From the human T2T-CHM13v2.0 reference genome, Homo sapiens, in NCBI RefSeq assembly GCF_009914755.1, contig NC_060941.1: a stretch of 64,000 bases of DNA, one strand, 5' to 3'. Below are positions 1-29,610 of this stretch, in pieces. Numbering within the stretch: position 1 is the stretch's first letter; every line of letters begins with the position of its first letter. Made by a program: the position numbers and the translations under genes. The notes beneath the pieces were generated by a model, which was given only the letters and a program-made list of their open reading frames with translations, was not told the DNA's origin and searched no databases.

Positions 1-1788
1 CACTTCTGCAGATCCTAGCTGAGCAGGACTTGCTGGTTTGGACAATGCCCAAGCAGGGAAGAGCCCTCATTCTCTTATCACTGACAGAGGTGAGATGTCC
101 GAGTTTGTAGGCTGGTGGAGGAGTGAGGTGGAGGAGGTATGCCTCTCTCTGCAGGGCGGACCCAGCAAGGATACGGCCTGTCTGCCAACCACGGCCCCTG
201 CCTGAAGGAACCCCGTTTACCAGAACACCCAACAAAAGAAATGCAGGTGTGGAGCCAGTAATCAGAAGGGTCTTGTCTAAGGCCCAGGAGTGGACTAAGT
301 GAGAAGGTCACCCCCCTGTCCCCAACACACACAGAACACTACTGCCAACTGTACTGAAACATGAAGAACCACGCAGCAGAGTAAGAGTGTATCTCCTGGT
401 GATCACTCTTAAGCACTGCCTACTGGATGGCGGCCCCAAAATACAACACCAAAATGTTTTGCAGTATTCAGTGCCATGAAAACTAAGGCAAAGGCTCCCA
501 CCAGTGCCCTGCCCCAGCCAACACACACGCACCCTGCCATGCCACTGTGGCTGGTGCCATGTGTGAGTGAGCACAGATCCTGCTGGCACTGCCACAAGGA
601 AGCACTTTGGCCTGCACCCCCACTGGACTGTTGAGGCCAGCGGACTGGGAACACCTTGGCCCCTCTAATGCAGCAGGTTCTGAACCCCAGGAGGCCAGAG
701 GAAAAGGCTGGGGACCCAGTACCAGCCTTCTAGAGTTAGAGCAGGCAGCTCAGGAGTGCTGAGCTGAGCCTTGGCCACCTGAAATCTTCCAGAATCGAAG
801 CCAGTTGACTGAACCCACCTTATACGACAATCAAACCCCCAAGGGCTTCAAACAAGATAAAAACAAAACAAAAAAAACCCCATCCAAAGGAAGACAACTT
901 CAAAGATTAAAGGAACATCAGCCCACACACACGAGAAAGAACCAGCTCAAGAGCTCTGGTAACTCAAAAAGCCACAGTGTCTTCCTATCTCCAGATGTGT
1001 GCACTAGTGCCTCAGCAATGGTATTTTAACAGGCTGAAATGGCTGAAATGACAGACATAGAATTCAGAATATGAGTAGGAATGAAGATCATTGAGATTCA
1101 GGAGAAAGTCAAAATCCAGTCCAAGCAATCTAAGGAATATGATAAAATGATACAGGAGCTGAAAGACGAAATGGTCATTTTAGGAAAGAACCAAACTGAT
1201 CTGATAGAGCTGGAAATCTCACTACAAGAATTTCATAATACAATAGCAAGTATTAACAACAGGATAGACCAAGCTGAGGAAAGAATCTCAGAGCCTGAAG
1301 ACTGGTTCTCCAAATTAACTCAGTCAGACAAAAATAAAAAAGAATGAAAACAAATGAACAACACCTCTGAGGAATATGGGATTTTGGAAAGAGACCAAAT
1401 CTATGACTCGCTGGCATCCCTGAAAGAGCATGAGAAAGCCAGCAACTTGGAAAACGTATTTGAAGATATTGTCCACAAAAGTTTCCCCAACCTCCCTAGA
1501 GAAGCCAACATTTAAATTCAGGAAATGCAAAGAATCCTTGTGAGATACTATACAAGACAATCATCCCTAAAACACATAGTTCTCAGATTCCCCAAGTCCT
1601 CAGATTCTCCAAGGCCAACATGAAAGAAAAAACAATGAAGGCAGCTAGAGACAGAAGGGGCAGGTCACCTAAAAAGGGAACCTCATCAGGCTAACAGTGA
1701 ACTTTTCAGCAGAAGCCCTGCAAGGCAGAAGAGATTGGGGGCCTATATTCAGCATCCTTAAAGAAAAGAAATTCCAGCCAATAATTTC
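1..1788 (+). mobile_element. Host L1 (L1PA15/16-like) segment 1: 5' UTR and degenerate ORF1
   Basis: ORF1-like peptides (e.g. 1081-1347 ...NNRIDQAEERISEPEDW); ends at TSD 1773-1788. Confidence 0.85.
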
Positions 1789-10973
<9,185 letters not shown>

Positions 10974-11613
10974 TCACTTATTGCTAGCCAGCAGTCTGAG
11001 ATTGAACAGCAAGGCGGCAGTGAGGCGGGGGGAGGGGTGCCCACCATTGCTGAGGCTTGAGTAGGTAAACAAAGCAGCTGGGAAGCTTGAACTGGGTGGA
11101 GCCCACCGCAGCTCAAGGAGGCCTGCCTGCCTCTGTAGACTCCACCTCTGGGGGCAGGGCATAGCCAAACAAAAGGCAGCAGAAACCTCTGCAGACTTAA
11201 ATGTCCCTGTTTGACAGCTTTGAAGAGAGCAGCGGTTCTCCCAGCATGGAGTTTGAGATCTGAGAACAGACAGACTGCCTCCTCAGGTGGGTCCCTGACC
11301 CCCGAGTAGCCTAACTGGGAAGCACCCCCAAGTAGGGGCAGACTGACACCTCACACAGCCGTCTACCTCTCTGAGACGAAGCTTCCAGAGGAAGGATCAG
11401 GCAGCAACATTTGCTGTTTAGCAATATTCGCTGTTCTTCAGCCTCTGCTGCTGATACCCAGGCAAACAAGGTCTGGAGTGGACCTCCAGCAAACTCCAAC
11501 AGACCTGCAGCTGAGGGTCCTGACTGTTAGAAGGAAAACTAACAAACATAAAGGACATCCACACCAAAACCCCATCTTTATGTCAAAGACCAAAGGTAGA
11601 TAAAACCACAAAG

Positions 11614-12946
11614 ATGGGGAAAAAACTGACCAGAAAAGCTGAAAATTCTAAAAATCAGAGCGCCTCTCCCCCTCCAAAGGAACATAGCTCCTCGCCAGCA
11701 ATGGAACAAAGCTGGACGGAGAATGACTTTGATGAGTTGAGAGAAGAAGGCTTCAGAAGATCAAACTTCTCCGAGCTAAAGGAGGAAGTTCGAATCCATC
11801 ACAAAGAAGCTAAAAACCTTGAAAAAAGATTAGACAAATGGCTAACTAAAATAACCAGTGTAGAGAAGTCCTTAAATGACCTGATGGAGCTGAAAACCAT
11901 GGCACGAGAACTACGTGAAGAATGCACAAGCTTCAGTAGCCAATTCGATCAACTGGAAGAAAGGGTATCAGTGATTGAAGACCAAATGAATGAAATGAAG
12001 GAAGAAGAGAAGTTTAGAGAAAAAAGAGTAAAAAGAAACGAACAAAGCCTCCAAGAAATATGGGACTATGTGAAAAGACCAAATCTACATCTGATTGGTG
12101 TACCTGAAAGTGACGGGGAGAATGGAACCAAGTTGGAAATCATTCTGCAGGATATTATCCAGGAGAACTTCCCCAACCTAGCAAGGCAGGCCAACATTCA
12201 AATTCAGGAGCTACAGAGAACACCACAAAGATACTCCTTAAGAAGAGCAACTCCAAGACACATAATTGTCAGATTCACCAAAGCTGAAATGAAGGAAAAA
12301 ATGTTAAGGGCAGCCAGAGAGAAAGGTCGGGTTACCCACAAAGGGAAGCCCATCAGACTAACAGTGGATCTCTCGGCAGAAACTCTACAAGCCAGAAGAG
12401 AGTGGGGGCCAATATTCAACATTCTTTTTTTTTTTTTTTTTTTGAGATGGAGTCTCGCTCTGTCACCCAGGCTGGAGTGCAGTGGCATAACCTCGGCTCA
12501 CTGCAAGCTCCGCCTCCCAGGTTCATGCCATTCTCCTGCCTTAGCCTCCTGAGCAGCTGGGACTATAGGTGCCCGCCATCACGCCCGGCTAATTTTTTTT
12601 GTATTTTTTAGTAGAGATGGGGTTTCACCATGTTAGCCAGGACGGTCTCGATCTCCTGACCTCATGGTCTGCCCATCTCGGCCTCCCAAAATGCTGGGAT
12701 TACAGGTGTGAGCCACCACGCCTGGCAATATTCAACTTTCTTAAAGAAAAGAATTTTCAACCCAGAATTTCATATCCAGCCAAACTAAGCTTCATAAGTG
12801 AAGGAGAAATAAAATCCTTTACAGACAAGCAAATGCTGAGAGATTTTGTCACCACCAGGCCTGCCCTAAAAGAGTTCCTGAAGGAAGCACTAAACATGGA
12901 AAGGAACAACCGGTATCAGCCACTGCAAAAACATGCCAAACTGTAA
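11614..12946 (+). pseudogene. L1 ORF1p, interrupted by AluY after codon 271
   Basis: [16 protein letters not shown]...WGPIFNIL, then Alu, then KEKNFQPRISY...HAKL*. Confidence 0.9.
12427..12726 (-). mobile_element. AluY inserted in L1 ORF1
   Basis: AluY-type diagnostics; TSD aatattcaac(a/t)ttctt at 12411-12426 and 12727-12742. Confidence 0.92.
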
Positions 12947-13009
12947 AGACCACCAATGCTAGGAAGAAACTGCATCAACTCATGAGCAAAATAACCAGCT
13001 AACATCATA

Positions 13010-16820
<3,811 letters not shown>

Positions 16821-17036
16821 ACAATGAGAACACCTGGACACAGGAAGGGCAACATCACACACCAGGGCCTGTCGTGGGGTTGGAGGAGGGGGGAGGGATA
16901 GCATTAGGAGATATACCTAATGTAAATGATGAGTTAATGGGTGCAGCACACCAGCATGGCACATGCATACACATGTAACAAACCTGCATGTTGTGCACAT
17001 GTACCCTAGAACTTAAAGTATTAAAAAAAAAAAAAA

Positions 17037-17127
17037 TAAGATCACCCTCCCTGATGTGGGTGGCTCTCATTCCATCAGTTGAAGGCCAGAATAGAATAAA
17101 AAAAGAGACCTTCTCTGGAAAAAAAGA
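17037..17127 (+). other. 3' transduced segment (MLT2-like) with second A-tail
   Basis: Non-L1 82 bp lying between the L1 poly(A) and the 3' TSD; AATAAA at 17095-17100; A-tail at 17119-17127. Confidence 0.75.
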
Positions 17128-18188
<1,061 letters not shown>

Positions 18189-19533
18189 TTGTTGTTGTTT
18201 TTTTTTTAAGTTCCCTATTTGAAGAATTCCCTTAGAATTTAGAATCAGGGAAAAATGTTATTTCCCTTGCATTGGTCTTTTCTATTGAGTAACAGGTATT
18301 GTGTAACCCATTATATTTCCCCTTTTGCCAGTGTTGCTAGAATGCCCACAATTGATGGAAACTTTATTTATAGCAATGAGGTAGTCTTTGTGGTTTTCAT
18401 ACTTGTTTTTTTCACTTTTAAAGTTACTGCATTTTTATGCTTCTATAGATGGCTCTGATATGTCTTTATATTCTTCCTATCTTCCTTCTTTTCTGTTTTT
18501 CAGTTTTAATTGTCTTTATTGTTTGGATTTTTTAATTCACAAAATAATTCTGAGAAAAAGTTATCTTTGTGATTCTCAAATATAGAAAGAAACAACTTAA
18601 AGTATTAGAATCTTCCTTTCTTGACTTTCTGTTTTCCTTAGTTTAACTCGAATGTTGATCTTTCCTTATATACCCTATCAAGATTTTTAAAACATGAGTT
18701 TATTTATTTTTTATTTTAGACTCACGCGGTATATGTGCAGGTTTGTTACATGGCTTCTTTTTTTGAATGGCAAGTGGTGTGAGTAATTAAGTAAACTGAT
18801 ATACTTTGAGCCTAGGCCATATACGACCACAAAATCTACAAGTTCACTCCTTGCTGGGTGCAGAAGAAATCCTTTTAACTTAAAACCTCTCAGATTTCAA
18901 AGGAGGCATCCTCCGGCATTGAGAGGCAGCATGGTTCAGTGGTTAAGGAACCTGTGGCATCAGGAGCCTCTGTACCTGTGGCTTTAGTATGACTGTCCTT
19001 ATTGCCCAGATGAGGGCACTCCCTGTGTAAGAGTTAAAAGTGTGGATTGCTGCGTGAGAGAGAGTGAAGGCTGAATTCCATCTTTGCTAGTACTAACTGT
19101 GAGACTATCTTTTTAATCCTTGGTTTTCTCATCTCCAGGGTATGATAATAGCAATATTTATCTCACGGAGTGGTTGTAAAATTTAAGTCCAATGTACACG
19201 TAAAGCCCTGGACATGGTCTAACCCAGAGAGTGTCCAGTGAGCACTGATGGGCATGGGACTAGCTGTAGGCCACTTGTGGGGTGAGGAGCTCAGTGGAAA
19301 TTGAACCCAGCTCTCCTGACCCCAGGCCAGTGCCCTGTCCAGTAAACCAGGTGATGTGTAACCCCATCCAGGCTCCCCTCTCCTTGCTCTGTTGTCCCCC
19401 AGATGTGCTGGGTAACACATCTGTATTTTAATGTCCAGGTGCCTCCTGGAAACAGTGCCTTGGACCAGTGGAGAGGCTCCAAGGGTGGGATTTCCTGAGG
19501 GAAATTTCAGATGTTTTCCAGAACCTCTGCTTA

Positions 19534-19866
<333 letters not shown>

Positions 19867-20422
19867 TTATTTTCTTTTAGGTGCATATATTTTAAACTCT
19901 CACAACAGTCCTGAGAGATGGGTCTTAATAATATTATTTTGAAAACCATGTTGAAGTAGAGGGGCAATTTTATTCTCTTAGTAGTGAAGAGAGAAGTCAT
20001 GTGAGGGAGCTGGCTTGGGCCGAGGACTAAGCCTAGCCTCTTCTTGGGGTCTGTCTGGAAAACAGAGTCCTCCTTGGAACTTCTGGACCACCCTGACCCT
20101 AAGGATCTTCAGAGCCCATCAATATTATGAGCTGAGTTCTCGGGCAAGGACCATGTCACGAGTTGGGCACCCAGTTGGGGAAGACTCATTGCCTGACCCA
20201 CATGGGTCTCAGCTTCCCCATCTGCCACATGGGGAGGGATGCAATCTCAGCACCGGAAGGTCCCTGAAAGATCAATTTCAGGCCTACCTCTCACAGCCCA
20301 TCCTGGCTCCCCTATCCTTCCTCTGCTGTCCCCCATGTCAGGTCCCCATGCACAGACATGATCCTCTGGGTGGGGCCCACCAGCTGATTCACAGCTCCAC
20401 CCAGGGCTGTCAGCCTGCCTCA

Positions 20423-20737
<315 letters not shown>

Positions 20738-20929
20738 CTACAACTTCCTCTAGAGGCTTGTCTGAAGAATGATGTTCTTATAGATACTGCTAGGCAAAAA
20801 ATCCTCATCTAGGATCAGGAAATTTGCATATCTGTCTTGGTCCTGACTATCTCCCTGTGTAAATCACTACTCCTACTGAGCCTCAGCTGTGCTTTATTGG
20901 GCCAACGGCATCTGCAACCCAGGGTGGCT

Positions 20930-20973
20930 AATAGTAATAATAACAGCAGCAGCAGCAGCAGCAACAACAGCAA
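20930..20973 (+). repeat. Short AAT/CAG/CAA trinucleotide tract in intron 1
   Basis: (CAG)6 CAA CAA CAG CAA from 20944, preceded by AAT units. Confidence 0.85.
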
Positions 20974-20974
20974 T

Positions 20975-21195
20975 GGGAGATCTTATTTATTGAGCACTTA
21001 CTGTATATCAGACTCTGTGCTAAATGTTTAACCTGGATGATCTCTTTTAACCCTCACACAGCCCAGGGAGGCGGGCTCTCACTCTCCCATTTTGCAGACA
21101 GAGAAATAGGCAGAGAGCAGTGAAGTGATTGGCCCAGGGTGATAGTGCCAGGACTGGTGATAGTGCCTGACTCCCAAGTCCGTGCTCATAACTAC
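20975..21195 (-). mobile_element. MIR SINE in intron 1
   Basis: Core-like cccattttgcagacagagaaataggcagagagcagtgaagtgattggcccagggt. Confidence 0.65.
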
Positions 21196-21370
21196 AATGC
21201 CAGGCGAGTACCGGGAATGCACTTGAATAGAAGAGGGTGTGGGGCTCTGAGGTGCAGCAAGGGCCCCCCCAGCAAGCCTCCTGGCTCCAGCATAGTCTGG
21301 GGCCTGGATCCCCCTTTGAGAGGGCAGTTCCATGTCACTGCTCAGAGGAAGGCCTGGCAGGGAGGGCTCA

Positions 21371-23000
<1,630 letters not shown>

Positions 23001-23127
23001 AACCCACGGCTTGCTTGGACAAGGACTCCTTATGTGCCTGATTTATTTCTTTGAGCCTCAGTTTGCCCATCTATTAAATGGGACATCATAGGTTTACCAA
23101 GAGGCTTCAATTCAGCAAAAGGTCTTA

Positions 23128-23400
23128 GAGTCTCTCTCTCTTTCCCAGGCTGGAGTGCAGTGGCAAGATCTCGGCTCACTGCAAGCTCCCTCCACCTCCT
23201 GGGTTCCAGCGATTCTCCTGCATCAGCCCAGCTTCCTGGGCAGTTGGGATTACAGTCACTCACCACCACGCCTGGCTAATTGTTTTGTATTTTTAGTAGA
23301 GATGGGGTTTCACCATGTTAGCCAGTCTGATCCGAGGTGATCCGCCCACTTCGGCCTCCCGAAATGTTGGGATTACAGGTGTGAGCCTCCGTGCCTGGCC
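23128..23400 (-). mobile_element. AluS (tail degraded)
   Basis: cccaggctggagtgcagtggc...gtgagcctccgtgcctggcc. Confidence 0.85.
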
Positions 23401-23584
23401 TAAATAAATTTTATAAATGTTAGTTTTAAAAAATGGCTAATAAGCACATTGTAGGACATTCTAATATCAGATTGACCAGAAGTGGAAAAGTGCTGTGCTA
23501 AAAGTGGGATGATCGGGAGGCTCTGAGCACTCCGTGAAGGACCGTGAGACTCCATGTAGCGGGAGGAATGGCCTGGAGGAGGGC

Positions 23585-24135
23585 TGTGTGGGCTTTTTTT
23601 CCTCCTCACACCAGCCAGTTCTGGCACCAACTCTCTAGACACCAACTGGTGTCCTACAGTGCAATTCTGACACTGACTGCCTGGAGTTGGCATCAAACCT
23701 CACAGGTTTAGGGTTTCAGTGAAGAGCTGGCCTCATATCAGATGCCAGTTGCAAATGGGGTGCCCAGACCACTGGCATCTCTGTCTGACTTGGTGACAAA
23801 TTCAAGGGTTCCCACAGTCCCCGGCAGGTTCAATAATTTGCTGAAATGACTCACAGGACTGAGAAAAGCACTTTATTTATTATTATCGGTTCATGATGGA
23901 GGATACGACTCAGGAATAGCCCAACGGAAGAGATGCCGAGGTCAAGGTGTGGGTGGGGGAGGGGCACAGCGCTTCCTTGCCCTCCCGGGCACCCTACTCT
24001 CCCTGCCCCTCCCTGCTTCACTAACCTGGAAGCTCTCCAAACCCCAAACAAACAAGACTGTGGGGTTTTCTCGGAGGTTTCACTTCACAGGCATAATTCA
24101 TTAAATCACTGGCCGCTGGAGATCCACTCAACCTG
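23585..24135. mobile_element. MER21-like LTR fragment
   Basis: Resembles MER21 (gacaccaactggtgtcctaca...caattctgacact...cctggagttggcatca...cagatgccagttgcaa); assignment from memory. Confidence 0.6.
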
Positions 24136-24391
24136 TTAAATAGATCAGAAACCTGACCCTTCCCACCACGCCCACTGGGGCTGCTGGTCCAGCCTTCAGT
24201 CGTCTCTTACTGGGATCACTGTGCTAGCCTTCCACATGTTCTCCACCCATGCTGATGCTTCCCCTTTACTGTCTACTCTCAGTCTAGAAGCCAGAATTAT
24301 CCACTTAAAGCATAAATTAGGTCAGGTCACTTCTCAGCTCAAAACTTTCCCATACTCCATCTCACTCTGAGTAAAAACCAAAGTCCAACCA

Positions 24392-24857
<466 letters not shown>

Positions 24858-25380
24858 CTCCCCAAATCTCCCAGAGCCCTCCCAATGGTTCCCGGGGGCT
24901 GCATGATCTAGCCCCTGATATCTCTCCGGCATTATATCCTACCCTATCCCCCTCCCTCACTGGATCCTCTTAGTCTTTTCCCTGTTCCTTGAATACACCA
25001 AGAATACTCTCACTCCAGGGCCTTTGCACTAGTCTTTCCATTGTCTTGGAATGGTTTCCCCAGATATTCAGAGGTGTGCTATCCAACCTTCTGTAAAGTA
25101 GAATTCCTTCATTCCGTGCTTCATTTTTCCGCATGACACTTATTATTGCCTGACGTTACAGACTTGTTTATTTGTTTACCTTCTGTCACCCCCTCCTGCC
25201 AATAGGATGTTAGGTCCCTGGAGACAGGACTTGGCTTGTTTTGTTCGCTGTTGTATCCGCTATGCCTAAATCAGTGCCTGGCCCACAATGTCAGCACAAT
25301 CAATACCACAGACATTGAATGTCTTTTGAACGCTTTCCTTTAATGCTTTCCTTCTTATCCTTCCAAACAGCTACTCACTC

Positions 25381-25399
25381 TGGCCACTAGATGGCACTC
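25381..25399 (+). promoter_or_regulatory. CTCF motif
   Basis: TGGCCACTAGATGGCACTC closely matches the CTCF core consensus CCAC(C/T)AG(A/G)(G/T)GGC. Confidence 0.7.
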
Positions 25400-26359
25400 A
25401 AGTACTTTCTGAGAATTGAAGCAGCCTCATGGGTTTGGTGGAGAGGACCCACTGGCGCTCTCTGAGCCTGAATTTTTAAAATTATCCCTGTTTCTGGTGC
25501 TTTGGGCCTTTGTTTCCTTTCCTTGAGGCATTTTAGGAACACATTAAAACTCACTTTTATTCAAGTCATGCTATTTTCAATTAAAACTTAACTCATGAGG
25601 AATATCTGTATGGCCAGTACTCCAGCAGAGTACAGTGAGGCCTTCTCTTTAGGTTCAAATTACTATGACTTGAATCAAGATCTGGATAACTTGAAATCAG
25701 CCTCCTTGAAATTCCTCTCCTCCCACCTATTTCTAAGCGTGTCCCAGGCATTGCCTCATGGGGTTCTGAAGTCAGTTCTTGGTTCCCCTCTGATCGACTG
25801 GTCTTGACTACCTTGCTGCCGTCCCTTTGGTCTCAGACCCCATTTCTATCCTCCTGAAGTTGCTGGGCCCAGGTGTCCTCTCTGTCACCACCATTTTAGG
25901 GCACGGCTCTTTTCTGGCCCATTCCTGAAATGTGGGACAAGATTTTCCCAATTTACGGCACAGCTGAGACCGTGACATGAGGATATGATTTTGAGCAAGA
26001 ACTTCCCCAAGGTTCAGGGATGAAGGATAGTAAATACATCAGGGCATCACTCTCTGTAGCTGTGGCTCACACTGTCCTCAGAGCCCTCTCTGGTCCAGGA
26101 TCATCCCTGCTATCCCTTTTCCAGCTGGAGCCCTCTGTAGCTCTGGTGCTTTCCATTACACACAGGCAGGTCATTGCCCAGCCTCAAGATTCTGCAGCCT
26201 CCTCTGCCCTTTGGAGGCCAGGACCCTCTGGCTCTAATACTTAGAAAGAGAACAAGCTGTCCTACATTCACATCACTCCTAGCACAGGCCCCAGGATTAT
26301 CCTCCTTCCAGGATGATCGACATGGAAATATCTAGTCCCTTCAGGTGTGTGCTTGGTAT

Positions 26360-26861
26360 TGTTGGAAATAAAAGCTCGGAGTCACAGAGAAAATGAGCAC
26401 TCAAATAAAGGATTTTTTCAGCAAGGCAAATTTACTTCTGGAGAAGGGTCTCGCTTGCCCTTCTGGCCACTGCAAGAGCACACTGAACAAAGGAGGGAAG
26501 GGGTTTTTATCCCTGACCCAGTCAGTCCCTGATGCTGTGTCCGGGCCCCATTGGCTGGAGTTGGACTGCGCAGTCTAAGCTGATCCTGATTGGCTACTTC
26601 AAATGGAGCAGGGGTGGGGGCTACAGCAGCGGGAAGAGCAGTTTTGGCCAAATAAGGTACAGATGTGGGTTGTTTCAGATTGTGAATGGATGTGGGTTAC
26701 AGACTGGGAATGGATGTGAGTTACAGATTGGGAACGGCTGGAAGGTTGTTTACTGTAACTAGGGGCAAGGAGGCAGAACAGTTAGGCTTTGAAAATAGAG
26801 GACAAAGAATGAGAGAATTGAACAAGCGGAACCTTTGAAAAGGAACTCACTGTATCCAACA
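26360..26861 (-). mobile_element. Solo LTR, probably ERV1 class
   Basis: TGTTGGA...TCCAACA inverted termini; 4-bp TSD gtat/gtgt. On minus: two CCAAT boxes, GATAAAA and AGTAAA; internal 3x ~25-bp repeat. Confidence 0.75.
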
Positions 26862-27389
26862 GTGTTATGGACCCAACAAGATCATCTCAATAGTTTGACA
26901 ATTCATTTCCCCCAAGTTGGTGTGTTTCAGGCTTAGATAAAACGGTGCTTTGAACATCAACAGGTGAAATCTTTTGTTAAAAAACATAGTCTAGTTCATC
27001 CAGCCCTCCTCCTCTCCCTGTTACTCCTCTTCCTCCTTCTAGTCTTTCCTCCAGTGTGAAGTGAAGGAAATATTAGGACTTGGTGTTGCCCCTACCATGG
27101 TCTGCTTTAATGTCCTGTGAACTTGGACAAGAATACACATACCCGCATCACCATCTTCCAAGAACACACGATAGCCAAAGGTCACAGTCAATTTACATCG
27201 GTTACAACAGAACGCATCTCTCACTCTGAGTATTCTCATTTGATCTTAACTGCATTTAAATCTCAGTAAAGAACAATGACTTGTTCCTGCTTTATAGGCC
27301 TAAAACACCCACCAATAAGGTCCTCTTAGAAACCAGGCAAGGCACACCCAGGTCTCTATGCTAAACGGAGGAAGTCATGCATAACTTTT

Positions 27390-28560
27390 CAGAGACCCTT
27401 TTTACTTTGAAAACATTTCAAACTTACAGGAAAATGTCAAGAGTTGTACAGTGAACTCCCATATAACCTTAACCTACATTCACCAATTATTAACATTTAC
27501 TATTGTTTTATCTTTTAATTGTGTTTGCTGATTATTGGGAGTAAGTTGCAGATATGATAACATTTACTTCTTTTTTTTTTTTTTCCCCTGAGATGGAAGC
27601 TTGCTCTGTTGCCCAGGCTGGAGTGCAGTGGCACGATTGTCAGCTCACTACAACCTCTGCCTCCTGGGTTCAAGCGTTTCTCCTGCCTCAGCCTCTCTAG
27701 TAGCTGGGATTACAGGTGCCTGCCACCATGCCTGGCTAATTTTTGTATTTTTGTAGAGATGGGGTTTTGCCATGTTGGCCAGGCTGGTCTCGAACTCCTG
27801 ACCTCAGGTGATCTGCACCCCCCCCCCCCCTTGGCATCCCGAAGTGCTGGCATTACAGGCATGAGCCATCACAACTGGCCCATAACATTTACTTCTAAGA
27901 ACTTTGGCAGTATCTACTAAGAATCAGGATGTTTTCTTATATGCCACTGTACAATGATAAAATTCAGGAAGCTTAAAACATTGATGCAATACTACTATCC
28001 AATTACATGTAACTTTTAAAATGACATTTTCATCTTGTTGTTTAGATTTATTAGGATTATAAAAATATAATACAGAAATATGTAGGGGGAAAAATAAAAA
28101 TGTTCTTTTGACTTTCTGCACCATCAGATCTACTTCCCAGGAATAACCAATGTTACATGAATGTTTCAGTGTTCCACGAAAAAAAAAACACAGTTTTACA
28201 TGAACACAGTTACTTTTCTATGTGCCAAATATATAGGATCTAAGTTTTTTAGGAGTGAATTTTTTTCCTCTTAAAATATTTTGCAGATCCCTCCATGTTA
28301 GTACATATGGATCTAAGTCGTTCTTTCTTCTCTTTTTGTAATTGTTGAGTTTTTCATAGTTTGGATCTACTATAATTTATTTGATTAGTCAAATTTGATG
28401 GAAATCTAGCTGGCTTTCATTTGCATTTTCCTGTTACCAGCCACATGGTGATAACCAACTTCGTACACAAGTGTATCTTATCACACACATGTGAGTACCT
28501 CCAAGGGACAGAGTCCCAGAAAAGGAATTTCTGGGTTGAAGAGATCACACATATAAAAAT
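27390..28560 (-). mobile_element. Ancient L1M 3' fragments
   Basis: Degenerate L1MC/L1ME-like 3' sequence (ttcaaaacttacaggaaaa...tacagtgaactcccatata...). Confidence 0.55.
27572..27881 (-). mobile_element. AluS with internal C13 run
   Basis: TSD ataacatttacttct on both sides. Confidence 0.9.
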
Positions 28561-28577
28561 TTGGGTTCAGAAATGTG

Positions 28578-28942
<365 letters not shown>

Positions 28943-29191
28943 TTATTTGTCTTCTGGGAGGTTTTCAAGTCAGAGGTTTGGCCCATCTCTTAAAAATGTA
29001 CATGCCAAGTTCAATCTTAAAGCACATGATATGTCTACAGTGTTAACTCCTGGTTTCATCTTATTTTCTCCCTACTCTTGTTTTAATTTTGCTTGCTGTA
29101 CATACTAAGGTAATAACATTTTAATTTTATCATGTATCTTTATATGTATGTAAATTTGTTCACTGAGTCGCTCCAGAACAATGTGCTGTGA

Positions 29192-29610
<419 letters not shown>

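Noticed and set aside
20944-20973. CAG tract as an expansion or polyQ locus
   Set aside because: Only six pure units, interrupted and intronic.
26662-26736. Regularly spaced short repeats as a CRISPR-like array
   Set aside because: Eukaryotic DNA; contiguous units without spacers inside an LTR.
27818-27830. C13 homopolymer inside an Alu
   Set aside because: Simple slippage of the Alu ccgccc segment; no functional argument.
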